Below are positions 9,488-20,077 of a stretch of 64,000 nt of DNA, piece by piece. Source of the stretch: Candidatus Binatia bacterium (GTDB taxonomy: Bacteria; Desulfobacterota; Binatia; Bin18); contig OY761159.2 of assembly GCA_963664395.2 (NCBI GenBank), positions 576,001 through 640,000 of the forward strand. Direction: 5' to 3'. The position numbers and the translations under genes were made by a program. How positions within the stretch are numbered: position 1 is the stretch's first letter; the number at the start of each line of letters is the position of its first letter. A model generated the notes under the pieces. That model worked only from the letters and a program-made list of their open reading frames with translations. It ran no database searches and was not told the origin of the DNA.

Positions 9488-10621
9488 TTAATCAAAATGA
9501 TAAATCCGGGCGGTATTCCCCCCGACAATTTTGGCCTTTTCCTCTTCGCTACAGTCCGCCAGGACGGTTTCCAGCACCTGGCGTGAGTGGGGAAAGGTGC
9601 ACTCCGGATGGGGGTAGTCCGAGCCCCACAAGATATTATCGACACCGATGAGATCGCGGTCTCTGATGCCGAGGGCGTCTTCCTGGAAACTGAGAAAGAC
9701 GTTGCGCCGGAAATAGTCGCTCGGCAGCATATCTTCCTTAAATTTCCGCCGGCCTCCAGTCGCTGGGCGTTGAACAAAATTATAGTCCATCCGTTCTATG
9801 AAATGCGGAGCCCACCCCAGTTCCTGTTCCACTGACCCAATCTGGAGTTTCGGATACCGCTCGAACACGCCACTAAAAATAATATGGGACAGCGACATGC
9901 GCACCCAGTAATCGACATTCGTCAAAAAGGCAGTGCTCACCGCTTCCAGATCGACCAATGGAGAGTTCGGAGCGGACCGGTTGGTCGCAATATGCAGGCT
10001 CAGCGGGAGGCCCAAATCCTGGGCCGTGGCCCATAGCGGCTCGTACTCGGGAGAATCATAGCTATGCCCCTCCAGCGGGTACACCGTGATGAGTGCGCCG
10101 GAGAGCCCCAACTTGGCGCAGCGCTCCAACTCCCTGACACTCTCTGATACATCGTCAACATTCAGCATAGCGATGCCCTTGGTCCGCTGCGGGAACGGCT
10201 GGCAGAACTCAGCGATCCAATCGTTATAGGCTCTACACAAGGCGGTCAGGAGCGCACTATCCGGGATGCTGTACAGAAACAGCCCCTGCGTCGGATAGAG
10301 TACGTCGGCATCAACGCCATCCAGGTCCAGGTCTTTGAGATGTTCCTCGGGGATATAGGCCCCAGGCCGGACGTTTTCCATTTTGTCACCAAACGTGAGC
10401 GAGTCGCGCTCCTCGGGCACAAAGCGCTTACCGGCCTGTGATCCTCCAGAGCCACCACTCAGCCCTTTCACACCGTCGCATACCCACCAATCGGTATCAT
10501 CTTCTTCACGCCGAACGACATGCGGAGCCCGATCTTTGAACTTTGCTTCTACTCGGCTGGTCCATAAATCCGGCGGCTCGAAAACATGACTATCCGATGA
10601 GATAATTTTGTAATCAGCCAT
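9488..10621 (-). CDS. Amidohydrolase_2 family protein
   Basis: ISSDSHVFEP, YNDWIAEFC, LSLHI, WGSDYPHPE. Confidence 0.9.
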   Translation of the reverse strand: MADYKIISSDSHVFEPPDLWTSRVEAKFKDRAPHVVRREEDDTDWWVCDGVKGLSGGSGGSQAGKRFVPEERDSLTFGDKMENVRPGAYIPEEHLKDLDLDGVDADVLYPTQGLFLYSIPDSALLTALCRAYNDWIAEFCQPFPQRTKGIAMLNVDDVSESVRELERCAKLGLSGALITVYPLEGHSYDSPEYEPLWATAQDLGLPLSLHIATNRSAPNSPLVDLEAVSTAFLTNVDYWVRMSLSHIIFSGVFERYPKLQIGSVEQELGWAPHFIERMDYNFVQRPATGGRRKFKEDMLPSDYFRRNVFLSFQEDALGIRDRDLIGVDNILWGSDYPHPECTFPHSRQVLETVLADCSEEEKAKIVGGNTARIYHFD

Positions 10622-10650
10622 ACTGCCACCTCCTTTAATAACAACACGTA

Positions 10651-11835
10651 CTAAATCACATTCAGTTCTTGCACAGGGCGTCCTTCGATTATTCGTTCAA
10701 ACCCGAGCGGCGTGATGTCCACCGTCTGGTATGCGCCGTGTACAATCAGCTCCGCAATCCCCCGCCCAACAGCGGGAGCCTGTTGGACCCCGTGGCCGGA
10801 AAAGCCATTGGCGAAAAGAAAGTTTTTCATAACGGGATGCCGGCCCACAATAGCGTTCTGGTCGAGCGTATTATAGGCATAATGCCCGCTCCAGGCCGAG
10901 ACGCGCTTGATCGCTTCAAAAATGGGAACGCGGTGCGCCAAGGCCGGCCAGACGATCTCATCGAACAGATGATAGTCAACACGAAAATCTTCGGTTGGAG
11001 GGTCCTGGTCTTCTGGCGGAGACACCCCACACACGAAATACTGGCCTTCGGGCCGAAAATAGACGCCGGAGACATCCACGACCAGGGGACAGGGTTGCAG
11101 CACCTCGGCCTGCCGGCAGTCGAACACAAATACACACCGTTTCCGACTCTCGACCGGCAGGTCGATAGCGGCCATACCAGCAATTTTACCGGCGGCCGGA
11201 CCAGCCGCATTGACAAGCTCGCCACACGGGAAGACCCGCCCGTCGTCGAGTTGCACGGCCTCCAGGCGCTGCCGCGAGCCGTGCAGCCCAACGACCTCGC
11301 CGGTGAGAAACTCGGCGCCCCGTTCTTCGGCCGTGCCGCGGAGCGCGTGCAGCAGGCTGTGGGCATCAAACCAACCCTCCCCGGAAAGCCCCAGGCAACC
11401 GGCAGCCAGGTCCGAGGTCGCGAGCCACGGGAAGCGCGCCTGCAACTCGGCTGGACCAAGAAGACAGACATCCGCGCCTTGCTGGGTTTGGACCCGCGCG
11501 TTGCGTTCGAGAATAGCTTTCCCTTGCTGACTCGCAAGCAACAGATAGCCCGATTCCCGGAAGCTAACCTCGACATCCGCCCCCAGGCGGTCTTTGACGG
11601 TCCGCAGGAACTCCACCCCAAACTGAGATAATTGGATATTCACCGGGGTCGAGAACTGCTGCCGAATCGAGGCTAAAGAGCGCGTCGTTGAACAGTCCTG
11701 ATAGGAAGGGTCTTTTTCGATGACGAGCACCCGGCCCTGAAAACCCTCGGCCGCGGTGAGAAAATAGGCAACGGCGCTGCCAATAATGGCTCCACCAATA
11801 ATGACGACATCGTACCCGGCACTCCGCTTAGCCAT
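10651..11835 (-). CDS. FAD-dependent oxidoreductase (DAO/sarcosine oxidase, FOXRED1-like)
   Basis: YDVVIIGGAIIG, SIRQQFS, ANGFSGHGVQQAPAVG; start at ATG 11835. Confidence 0.9.
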   Translation of the reverse strand: MAKRSAGYDVVIIGGAIIGSAVAYFLTAAEGFQGRVLVIEKDPSYQDCSTTRSLASIRQQFSTPVNIQLSQFGVEFLRTVKDRLGADVEVSFRESGYLLLASQQGKAILERNARVQTQQGADVCLLGPAELQARFPWLATSDLAAGCLGLSGEGWFDAHSLLHALRGTAEERGAEFLTGEVVGLHGSRQRLEAVQLDDGRVFPCGELVNAAGPAAGKIAGMAAIDLPVESRKRCVFVFDCRQAEVLQPCPLVVDVSGVYFRPEGQYFVCGVSPPEDQDPPTEDFRVDYHLFDEIVWPALAHRVPIFEAIKRVSAWSGHYAYNTLDQNAIVGRHPVMKNFLFANGFSGHGVQQAPAVGRGIAELIVHGAYQTVDITPLGFERIIEGRPVQELNVI

Positions 11836-11908
11836 AGCTCGCCCCAGGTTTATAGGATGTTCGCGCTGCGGTTCGACCGCGTGAGTTAGAACATGAGACA
11901 GGATTCGG

Positions 11909-12814
11909 CTACGTCGCTTCCATCTCGGCCTCGGCGGCAATTTTTTCCAAGATGGCAGCCATCTCGCCAGGCTCGGCCACAAACGACGGAAAGTCCAGGA
12001 TCAGCCGGTTTACGCCCAGGCGTTCCCAGCCCGGCAGGTCCGTGAGGACACCCTCGGCCGTACCGGCGATAATCACCGCGGTAATCTCTATGGTCGAGAA
12101 GTCGCGACCCGCCTCGTCACACATCTGCCTGAGCGTTTGCAGGTCCTTGGCCAGGTCGCCTTCGGTGCTATATACGTCGTCGGGATGCTCGGACACGACC
12201 TGCCAGCCGTCGGCCATGCTCACCACCCGGCGGAGGCTGGCTCGCCCGCGCCCGCCGATCGTAATCGGCGGATGCGGCTTTTGCAGCGGTTGAGGCCGAC
12301 ACTGGACATCCGAAAACCGGTGGTACTCGCCCTCAAAGCGCGGCTCCTCGGCCGTCCAGAGTTCCTTCCAGATTTGAATATGCTCGTCCGTGCGCGTCCA
12401 GCGTTTGGCAAAGGGCACCTCCAGGGCCTGGAACTCCTCTTCCAACCAGCCGCTGCCTACACCGACAATCAGCCGGCCATTTGACAACACATCCAACGAG
12501 GCCAGCATCTTGCCGGTCACCACCGGATGCCGGTACGGCGCCACGAGCACGGTAAACCCCAGCCGCACCCGGCGAGTGCAGGCCGCCACAAACGACAGCA
12601 CGGTAAACGGCTCCAGATGGGCGCCCTTGGGGTCGGCGATGTAACGACCCGATTTGCTATACGGGTACGGGGTATCGATCTTGGTCGGCATGATGACGTG
12701 GTCAGGTGCCCAGACCGACTCGAAGCCGCGCTCTTCGGCAAGCTGTGCCATGGCCAGCATATTCTCATGGGTCGCCATCGCGCCAAATGCGGGCAGCATA
12801 AAACCGATTTTCAT
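11909..12814 (-). CDS. LLM class oxidoreductase, probably F420-dependent (Rv2161c-like)
   Basis: GFESVWAPDHV, LDVLSNGRLIVGVGSGWLEEEF, PLQKPHPPI. Confidence 0.88.
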   Translation of the reverse strand: MKIGFMLPAFGAMATHENMLAMAQLAEERGFESVWAPDHVIMPTKIDTPYPYSKSGRYIADPKGAHLEPFTVLSFVAACTRRVRLGFTVLVAPYRHPVVTGKMLASLDVLSNGRLIVGVGSGWLEEEFQALEVPFAKRWTRTDEHIQIWKELWTAEEPRFEGEYHRFSDVQCRPQPLQKPHPPITIGGRGRASLRRVVSMADGWQVVSEHPDDVYSTEGDLAKDLQTLRQMCDEAGRDFSTIEITAVIIAGTAEGVLTDLPGWERLGVNRLILDFPSFVAEPGEMAAILEKIAAEAEMEAT

Positions 12815-12967
12815 GAAGTCTCCCTTACAATCCGCAATCTGCCCCTCTCCTATACCACTTCTCGCCAAGATGAAAACCCTGTTCCGGCGGCCGCTTGCTT
12901 CCAGCCGGGAGCCGTGATCTGGTCGGGATGCGGATGGTTATCCATACCCGCGAAGGAGGATACAGAT

Positions 12968-13261
12968 ATGAGCACAATGGTCTTGATCGAGTTGGCGGTA
13001 AAACCGGAATCGGTTGATGGCATGAAGACGCTGATGAAGGAGTTATTGCCCGACACGCGAGCCTACGACGGCTGCCAGAGTGTTGACTTTTATGACAACA
13101 CCGAGACCAAAGGCAGCATGGTCCTGTACGAATTATGGGACTCCCGCGCCCACCAGGAGCGCTACTTACAGTGGCGCTCGGAAACCGGCACCCTGGATCG
13201 CCTCGGAGCGCTAGTAGCCGCCCCGCCCAAGATTCAGTATTTCGATAAGGTGGACGCCTAG
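12968..13261 (+). CDS. Antibiotic biosynthesis monooxygenase (ABM) family protein
   Basis: DTRAYDGC, LYELWDSRAHQERYLQWR; AGGAGG RBS. Confidence 0.85.
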   Translation: MSTMVLIELAVKPESVDGMKTLMKELLPDTRAYDGCQSVDFYDNTETKGSMVLYELWDSRAHQERYLQWRSETGTLDRLGALVAAPPKIQYFDKVDA

Positions 13262-13346
13262 CCGCCCGTCGGCTCTGTGGACGATGCCCTCTCCACGAGG
13301 GCTCATGTCCGCCCTGCGGCCACATCTTTCATGTCCTGAGCACTGT

Positions 13347-14780
13347 TTATTTTGCCACGGCAACGCTGGCCGATTCATCCTGCTGGGGCTGAGAGGAGAC
13401 GGGCGCAGGAGCCGGTGCGGAGCGCCGGTATTGCGCGGCCGGATGCGGAGGGCTCAGCCGTGCATGTCCGGGCCCATAGAGCTTTTCGCGCAGGGTGCCG
13501 TCCTGATACTCGGTTTGCATCATTCCGCGTTTCTGGAGAACCGGCACGACCCCGTCAACAAAGTCTTCGAACGTTCCCGGCGTCACGGCGTAGGCGAGGT
13601 TGAACCCATCCACTCCAGCCTGGGTCCATCGCTGAAATTCGTCCACGATCTGTTCCGGCGTCCCGACCGCCACGGGACCACCTCCGCCGATACCGATAGA
13701 TTTGGCGAGATCACGTACGGTCCATTTGCGATTCGGGTCTGCCCGGGTGAACGAATTCCAGAGTGTCCGAACTGCATTTGTTTCGATGTATTCGAGCGGT
13801 TCATCCGGATCAAACTTTCCAAAGTCGTACCCAGCCCAGCCACTCAGTAATGCCATCGCACCGTCGTAGCTGATCTGTTCGAAGTAGTCGTCGTACTTCT
13901 TCTTGGCTTCCGCCTCAGTACCGCCGGTAATCACTTTGAGATAGGCAAAGAAAAGAATATCCTCCGGGTTGCGTCCGTTCTGCTCTGCCTGTTTCCGGGT
14001 CGTCTGGATGATCTGCCGCGCAATGTCAGGCGTCGGGGAAGCGATAAACACGCACTCGGCGTGTCGGGCGGCAAATGCCTGTCCACGGGAGGAGGAGCCG
14101 GCCTGGTATAACACCGGGGTGCGTTGCGGGGACGGTTCGGACAGATGGCAGCCGTCCACCTTGTAATACTTGCCCTCGTGGACAACATTCCACACCTTGT
14201 CTTGGATCGGCGTATATGCCGCGCTGGCGGTCTTTGACAACCGCGCCATCCTCCCAGCTCGATTCCCACAGCTTGTAGCACACCTCACAATACTCATCCG
14301 CCATATCATAGCGCTCGTCGTGCTCAGGCAAACCGGACCGACCGTAGCTACGCCCGGCACTTTCCAGATATGAGGTCACGATATTCCAGGCAACCCGGCC
14401 TTTGGTGAGATGGTCGAGCGTGGTGATGAGCCGGGCAAAGGTGAAGGGATGGTACTGGAGGATCGAACTGGTAAAGGCGAAACCCAGATGTTCGGTTGCC
14501 GCGGCCATAGCCGGGACCAGCAGCATGGGGTCGTTCACCGGTGTTTGCGCGGCCTGGGTCAGGGCCGCCTCTCGATTGCCCCGAAACACGTCGTACACGC
14601 CCACGACATCGGCCAGGAACAGGGCATCGAACTTGCCCCGTTCCAACACTTTTGACAGTTCAATCCAGGTATTAAGGTCGGTGTAGTTCTCCATGTTGTC
14701 TTCTGGCCGGACCCACAGACCAGGAGATTGGTGACCACACAGTTCATATGAAAGGCGTTGAAATAGATACGTTTTTTCAC
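13347..14780 (-). pseudogene. NtaA/DmoA/DszA-family FMNH2-dependent monooxygenase with two frameshifts (pseudogene or assembly errors)
   Basis: MKKRIYFNAFHMNCV, then HQSPGLW...FDALFLAD...GIYADP, then DKVWNV...PSPQRTPVLYQAGSS lie in three ORFs; indels near 14735 and 14202. Confidence 0.85.
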
Positions 14781-14891
14781 TGTCTTCTCCTTGGTACTGA
14801 CCCATTCCTATAGAAAAGGGAATGGACCCTCAACCTCTGCCGCACCGGGCGGGATCGATATGATTGTCAGGGGACGCGCCGCTCAGCCGCC

Positions 14892-16154
14892 CTATTCCCA
14901 CATCGGAACCAGGGGTGGTTGAATCTGCTGCGGGTCGAGTTGGAGTTCATGCACACTCAACGAGGACAGACAAAAGTCGCTGGGGGGGTGCTGCATGGTC
15001 GCGGTCGCGCCGTCGCGAAACAGACGCTCCAGAGTCGAGGACTTGAAGATGGCGTGACCGCCGCCTATTTCGAGCGCCGAGCGGGTCGCGGCGGTGACGG
15101 CTTCGCCGACAATGTATTTTGCCTTGAAATAGGTGGCTAACACCTCTGCGGCCTGCCCTTCTCCTGTCGTACCAAACTGCTTTGGGCGGTCGGTATAACG
15201 CTGGCGTTCATAGGCTTCGTCGGCCAGCCAGGCAACATAGCGCAGCAGCCAGCGGGCGGCTTCCAGTTGGGCGCTCATCATGGCAACCCGACGCCGAATA
15301 TCCGGATGATAGGCCAACGGCTGTTGATAGCCTTTGGGTTGGCGCTGTTTCACATTGTCTTTGATTGCGTGTAAAGCCGCAAAGCCGACCCCGAGATACA
15401 CGGCGGTATACGGAATATTGAAACTCGGCTCATTCGTGGCCAGCCATTCGCCAACCTTGGGAATGGGTTCGCCCAGAACGGCAGCGTCCGGCACAAAGCA
15501 GTCTTCGAGAATCAGATTATCGCTACGGGTCGCGCGCATCCCCAGCGTGTCCCACACATGCTCGAAGCGCAGCCCGGGCGAGTCGGTTGGCACCATCATC
15601 ACAAGGGCCGTCTGGGGATTGGCGATTTCCTCGGGATGGGCAAACAGGCACAGATAGTCGGACGATTCGCCCATGGAGCAAAACGACTTCTTGCCGGAGA
15701 TCCGATAGCCCCCGGCGACCCGGCGAGCCTGGGTGGAACACGCAAACGACGTGGGTACAATGCTGGTTGTACTCGGCTCGGAGAGAATAGCCGCAATCAG
15801 CTTGCCCTGTTTGGCCGCCAACTCAGCCACCCATTTTTTTATTTCGTCCGGCAGGGCCGAGTGCATCAAAGACGCCAGGGTCGCGCCGTGCATATTGAAC
15901 GACAGCGCGGTCGAGGCACAGCCTTGGGCGATTTCCTCGGCGGCAATGGTATAGCCCAGCAGCCCGGCCTCCAGTCCGCCATATTCCTTGGGCACGACCA
16001 GGCCGTAGAAGCCCGCCTCCCGCAGCGCCGCATAGTTCTCCTTGGGCGGAGAACCCTCCCGGTCGTGCTCGGCCGCCCGGGTCGCAAAGTCGGCGGCGAG
16101 CTGACGGGCAACTGTCTGGATACGAATGTGGTCCGCGGTCAGTCCGAATTCCAT
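14892..16154 (-). CDS. Acyl-CoA dehydrogenase-fold protein (DszC/SfnB-like monooxygenase possible)
   Basis: GYRISGKKSFCS, WDTLGMRATRS, LERLFRDG; ATG 16154 with AAGGAGG RBS. Confidence 0.85.
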   Translation of the reverse strand: MEFGLTADHIRIQTVARQLAADFATRAAEHDREGSPPKENYAALREAGFYGLVVPKEYGGLEAGLLGYTIAAEEIAQGCASTALSFNMHGATLASLMHSALPDEIKKWVAELAAKQGKLIAAILSEPSTTSIVPTSFACSTQARRVAGGYRISGKKSFCSMGESSDYLCLFAHPEEIANPQTALVMMVPTDSPGLRFEHVWDTLGMRATRSDNLILEDCFVPDAAVLGEPIPKVGEWLATNEPSFNIPYTAVYLGVGFAALHAIKDNVKQRQPKGYQQPLAYHPDIRRRVAMMSAQLEAARWLLRYVAWLADEAYERQRYTDRPKQFGTTGEGQAAEVLATYFKAKYIVGEAVTAATRSALEIGGGHAIFKSSTLERLFRDGATATMQHPPSDFCLSSLSVHELQLDPQQIQPPLVPMWE

Positions 16155-16204
16155 ACGACCCTCCTTGGCCGTTGTCGTGTGGGCGAAGGCCGTTACCGGC
16201 GTGC

Positions 16205-17389
16205 TCAGGCCGCTTCCAGCCAGCGCTGCGACATCGGGCTGAATTCTTCGCGTAGGGCGGGCATCACGTCGGCGGCAAACAGGTCCATGTTTTTGATGAC
16301 CCGATGGTGCGGCATATCGCCCGTGTGCAGGAGGGGGAGCAGCAGTCCGAAGCCGAGCTCTTTGACCAAATGGGAAAGGCGCTCGCGCACGGTCTTGGCG
16401 CTGCCCACGACGCAGTAGCCGCGCTCGTTGAGTTCCTTGAAATCCATGCTTTCCCAATCAAAGTCGGCCGCGCGGGCCAGGATGCGTTTCATGGACGCCG
16501 CGGACGTATAGCCCGGCGGGAAGAACATTTCCCATTTATGGCGCAGGCCGTAGTGGTAGAGCCACAAGATGTGGGCTGCGGCTTCTTCTTCCGCTCGACT
16601 GTCCGTCTCGGCCACGTAGACCGGTAGCAAGTGGCCCATTTGGTAGGGCGAAGCTTCGTAGCCGTACCCGTCCGCGGCTTCGCGGTAGGCGTCGAAGAAC
16701 CACTTCACGAGGTCATCCGGCATGAAGACCGCAAGGTAGGGGTATTTGCGGTCTGGGTGCGCACACCATTCCACGGTTTCTTTGCTCCCAAATCCAGGAA
16801 TCCAGATCGGGGGATGCGGTTTCTGGAAGGGGCGCGGCCAGACATTCACGTAGCGGACTTGATAATGCTCGCCATCAAAGGAAAACGGCCCGGTCTCGGT
16901 CCAGGAGCGGACGATCAGATCGTGCGCTTCACGAAAGCGCGCCAGCGAATGCGTGGGGTTTACACCCATGGAAAAGTATTCATCCCCGATGCCACGCACA
17001 AAGCCGGAGATAATCCGCCCGCCGGTCACCACATCGAGCATGGCGACTTCTTCGGCGACGCGGAGGGGGTGATCCCGCAGCGGCAGGCCGTTGCCGATCA
17101 TGGCGATCTTCAGACGCGTGGTCCGGCGGGCCAGCATGGCAGCCATAACGTTCGGCGACGGCATGGTGCCGTAGGCGTTCTGATGGTGCTCGTTGACACA
17201 CACGCCCTCGAACCCCAGCTTTTCGGCATACTCAAGCTGATCCAGATATTGATTGTAGAGCGTATGCCCCTTTTCGGGATCGTAGTATTTATTCGAGAGC
17301 GTCACCCAGGCCGAGGGATGTTTGGTTTTGTCGTCAAAGTCGGCGGGCAGGTCGGGCCACGGCATGAGGTGAAAATTGTAAAACTGCAT
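16205..17389 (-). CDS. LLM class flavin-dependent oxidoreductase
   Basis: GFEGVCVNEHH, RVAEEVAMLD, PRPFQKPHPPIW. Confidence 0.9.
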   Translation of the reverse strand: MQFYNFHLMPWPDLPADFDDKTKHPSAWVTLSNKYYDPEKGHTLYNQYLDQLEYAEKLGFEGVCVNEHHQNAYGTMPSPNVMAAMLARRTTRLKIAMIGNGLPLRDHPLRVAEEVAMLDVVTGGRIISGFVRGIGDEYFSMGVNPTHSLARFREAHDLIVRSWTETGPFSFDGEHYQVRYVNVWPRPFQKPHPPIWIPGFGSKETVEWCAHPDRKYPYLAVFMPDDLVKWFFDAYREAADGYGYEASPYQMGHLLPVYVAETDSRAEEEAAAHILWLYHYGLRHKWEMFFPPGYTSAASMKRILARAADFDWESMDFKELNERGYCVVGSAKTVRERLSHLVKELGFGLLLPLLHTGDMPHHRVIKNMDLFAADVMPALREEFSPMSQRWLEAA

Positions 17390-17415
17390 ACGCTACTCCT
17401 TTGCGGCGGAGACGG

Positions 17416-17898
17416 CTAGTCCTGAATCATGCGCTTTTCTGCCCAGCCCTTTTCAAAGGGCGTCCAGAACTCAAACTTGACGCGCAGGGTCTGGATTTTC
17501 CACTCGCCATTAATCCGTGCATAGTCGTCGCTGTATTTGGCCGCACCCCACACGGCTTTATCCCCGTCCTTCTCGGTCATGGTGCAGGGCTGAAACAGAT
17601 ACCACTGACCCGTGGCCGTGTCGCCGTCGACCTCAATGATGGGATTCATGACGTTATGCACGGCAAACGGAATGACTTTGGTTGCCCCGGTGAAGAATTT
17701 CCGAATCGCGGCCCGACCGTCGTATTTGCCAAACACGTCAGCCCCGCCGTCCCACACGCCGTCTTCGGCAAACAGTTCGGCAATCCCATCCGGGTTATAG
17801 CCGTTGTCACAATGGGCGCAGTATTCGGCCTTGACTTTTTTAATGGCTTCGATGTCTTCCAAAACCTGGAGCCGCCTCACTAAATCGTCAACACTCAT
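17416..17898 (-). CDS. SnoaL_4/NTF2-like protein (LinA/BaiE-like fold)
   Basis: LEDIEAIKK...YCAHCD, HNVMNPIIEVDGDTATG, YSDDY...GEWKI. Confidence 0.85.
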   Translation of the reverse strand: MSVDDLVRRLQVLEDIEAIKKVKAEYCAHCDNGYNPDGIAELFAEDGVWDGGADVFGKYDGRAAIRKFFTGATKVIPFAVHNVMNPIIEVDGDTATGQWYLFQPCTMTEKDGDKAVWGAAKYSDDYARINGEWKIQTLRVKFEFWTPFEKGWAEKRMIQD

Positions 17899-17946
17899 GC
17901 TGCCCTCCTTATGAAACTCGTCGGTTACGGCGCTATTATTGAATCT

Positions 17947-18513
17947 CTATTCTTGGCCTGCGTTAAACGCGAGGCCGGTCTTCTTAATCTCCGCTAACAC
18001 TCCTGGGCCGGTTTGATCTATCTGCTCGGCCACGCTGGGTGGAAAAGCGATGTCCTGCATATCATGCACGCCGCCGGTAATGAACACTTGGAGGAAGCCT
18101 TCATCAGCGCCTATATTCGTGAAGCTGCGACACACGCCTGGCGGCACTGAGATCGTGTCAAATTGATTCAGGACAATTGCGTGTTTTCCGTCATCGCCCC
18201 ACTGGATTTTGAACGTCCCTTTGAGGCAGGTAAAAATCTCGTGCGTCTTGTGATGGGCGTGCAGTCCCGGTCCTTGGTTGGGTGGGCACACGGCAAGAGT
18301 CATGGAATAGCCATCGGCTTCAGCAATTGGGGCCGGCCCAAACGGTCCTTCTCCGCCCTTAGAGGAGATAATGGGCAATAGCTTACGGGCGTAGATGTGG
18401 TCCCGAGCTTCCAACGGAATTTTGTCGTTCTGCATGGCTGGAATGGGCTTCAAGTCTTGGAAGCGGGCAATACGGGCTTCCATGTCTTCAGGGCTCACCG
18501 AGATCGTTTTCAT
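17947..18513 (-). CDS. Cupin domain protein
   Basis: GPGLHAHHKTHEIF...DTISVPPGVCRSF. Confidence 0.85.
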   Translation of the reverse strand: MKTISVSPEDMEARIARFQDLKPIPAMQNDKIPLEARDHIYARKLLPIISSKGGEGPFGPAPIAEADGYSMTLAVCPPNQGPGLHAHHKTHEIFTCLKGTFKIQWGDDGKHAIVLNQFDTISVPPGVCRSFTNIGADEGFLQVFITGGVHDMQDIAFPPSVAEQIDQTGPGVLAEIKKTGLAFNAGQE

Positions 18514-18719
18514 ACTGGCCTCCTTACTGGCATCCTTGGTCTCTACGCTTCAAATTGAGGAACCGTATGGACAAGTACCCGTCGTCAGCATAGCCAAGCT
18601 TGTATCTTTTGCAAAGACATTTTTTTGTCCGAGCGGTAATCGGGAGGGATAGCCTGCCTTGCAGAGAACCGTTAGGCTGGCCGGTGAGCAAAGAAGAGAG
18701 AGAACGTAAGGGAGAACGA

Positions 18720-20057
18720 ATGCCGTTTATTGTTCTATTCGTAGGATTACTGGTCTGGGCCGGGCCGAGTTGGGCACAAGATGAACGAAACGCTATGACC
18801 CGAGAAACCGTACTGCAATGGACGCAGCAGTATACAGACGCCCGACCGGACTTTCAGCACGGCGAGACGCTGGGGCTGAGCGATATGGAAAAGCTCCGGC
18901 CCTTTCTGCCACCCGGTTATTTTGAAGAGTTCCAGTTTCCGGAAGTGACCTTCGACATCAGCCCCCCAGGCGATTACCCCCCGCGCACAGACTATCTCGC
19001 AGCGACAGAAAAATTCGCCGGCCAAACTCAGCTCGCCGAGGACGGCAGTCTGAGAAACTATACTGCCGGCCAACCGTTTCCCGCGGACCAGCTAGACCCG
19101 GCGGACTCGACTGCGGGACTTAAGGTCGGCTGGAACTTTAATTTCCGCTGGCAGCATTATGGTATCAAAGTCGGCAATTTCGCCACGATCATGATCAAAC
19201 CGGGGGGGACGCACGGGGCATTGTCAGGCTTACCCGAGGATATGATTCAACCGGGAGGCACAGTTGAGCGAGTGCTCCAGCAACGCTATCAGCGCGTGTA
19301 TTACAGCCACTTGTCCATGCTGCCCGAGCAGAATTATACCCTGCCCATTGACGACGCCGCGGAATTTGAGTGGAAAGATGTCACCGACTTCACCGACCCG
19401 TATGAAATGCGCGGCCTGCGCATGCTCATCCAGCGTTCCAGCGATCCGCACCGGGCCGATCAGGCGTGGACCTATGTCCCATCCCTGCGCAAAGTCCGGC
19501 GTGTTTCTGCTGAAGAGAAAGCAGATTCTTTCCAGGGGTCAGATACGACCCTGGATGATTTCTTCGGCTTCTCCGGGCGGGTGCTGGACTATGACTGGAC
19601 CTTCCACGGCTGGAAAGACGTGCTGCACATCATGAATTCGCCCCATGCCTATGCGCGCTATTATGGTCCCGCGGGCCGGGCGCCGCTCGGGCCGTGGGAG
19701 CTGCGCAAGGCCATACTGGTCGAGCTCAAGCCCAAGCGGACGAATCATCCCTATAGTAGCAAGTTCCTGTTTATTGACGCCCAGACCTATCGCGTGGTTT
19801 CCGGCATGGCGTTCAACCAGGAAGGCACCCTGTGGAAGGTGTGGGGCGTGCAGAATTCCTGGTCCGAAGACGCGCAGCATCTGCCGGAAATGAATACGGG
19901 CGCGCATGTCAGTCGTTACCTGGGCGTCACGGTTGTTGATGTCAAAACCGGCCAGGCGTCGTTATTTCCGACGCTGGATATGGGCTACCCGGAGGTGGAT
20001 GTGGAAGAGGTGCTGAGCCTGTATGATGTCAATAAGTTGACCGAGGGGCGGCGCTAG
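18720..20057 (+). CDS. DUF1329-like exported protein
   Basis: Signal peptide; NYTAGQPFP, DQAWTYVPSLRKVRR, HPYSSKFLFID. Confidence 0.8.
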   Translation: MPFIVLFVGLLVWAGPSWAQDERNAMTRETVLQWTQQYTDARPDFQHGETLGLSDMEKLRPFLPPGYFEEFQFPEVTFDISPPGDYPPRTDYLAATEKFAGQTQLAEDGSLRNYTAGQPFPADQLDPADSTAGLKVGWNFNFRWQHYGIKVGNFATIMIKPGGTHGALSGLPEDMIQPGGTVERVLQQRYQRVYYSHLSMLPEQNYTLPIDDAAEFEWKDVTDFTDPYEMRGLRMLIQRSSDPHRADQAWTYVPSLRKVRRVSAEEKADSFQGSDTTLDDFFGFSGRVLDYDWTFHGWKDVLHIMNSPHAYARYYGPAGRAPLGPWELRKAILVELKPKRTNHPYSSKFLFIDAQTYRVVSGMAFNQEGTLWKVWGVQNSWSEDAQHLPEMNTGAHVSRYLGVTVVDVKTGQASLFPTLDMGYPEVDVEEVLSLYDVNKLTEGRR

Positions 20058-20077
20058 AAGGGACACCAGGAGGAGCC

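Noticed and set aside
10669-11631. Long antisense ORFs (also 22716-23735, 28896-29771, 37879-38766, 54225-54899)
   Set aside because: Shadows of well-supported genes on the opposite strand, expected in GC-rich DNA.
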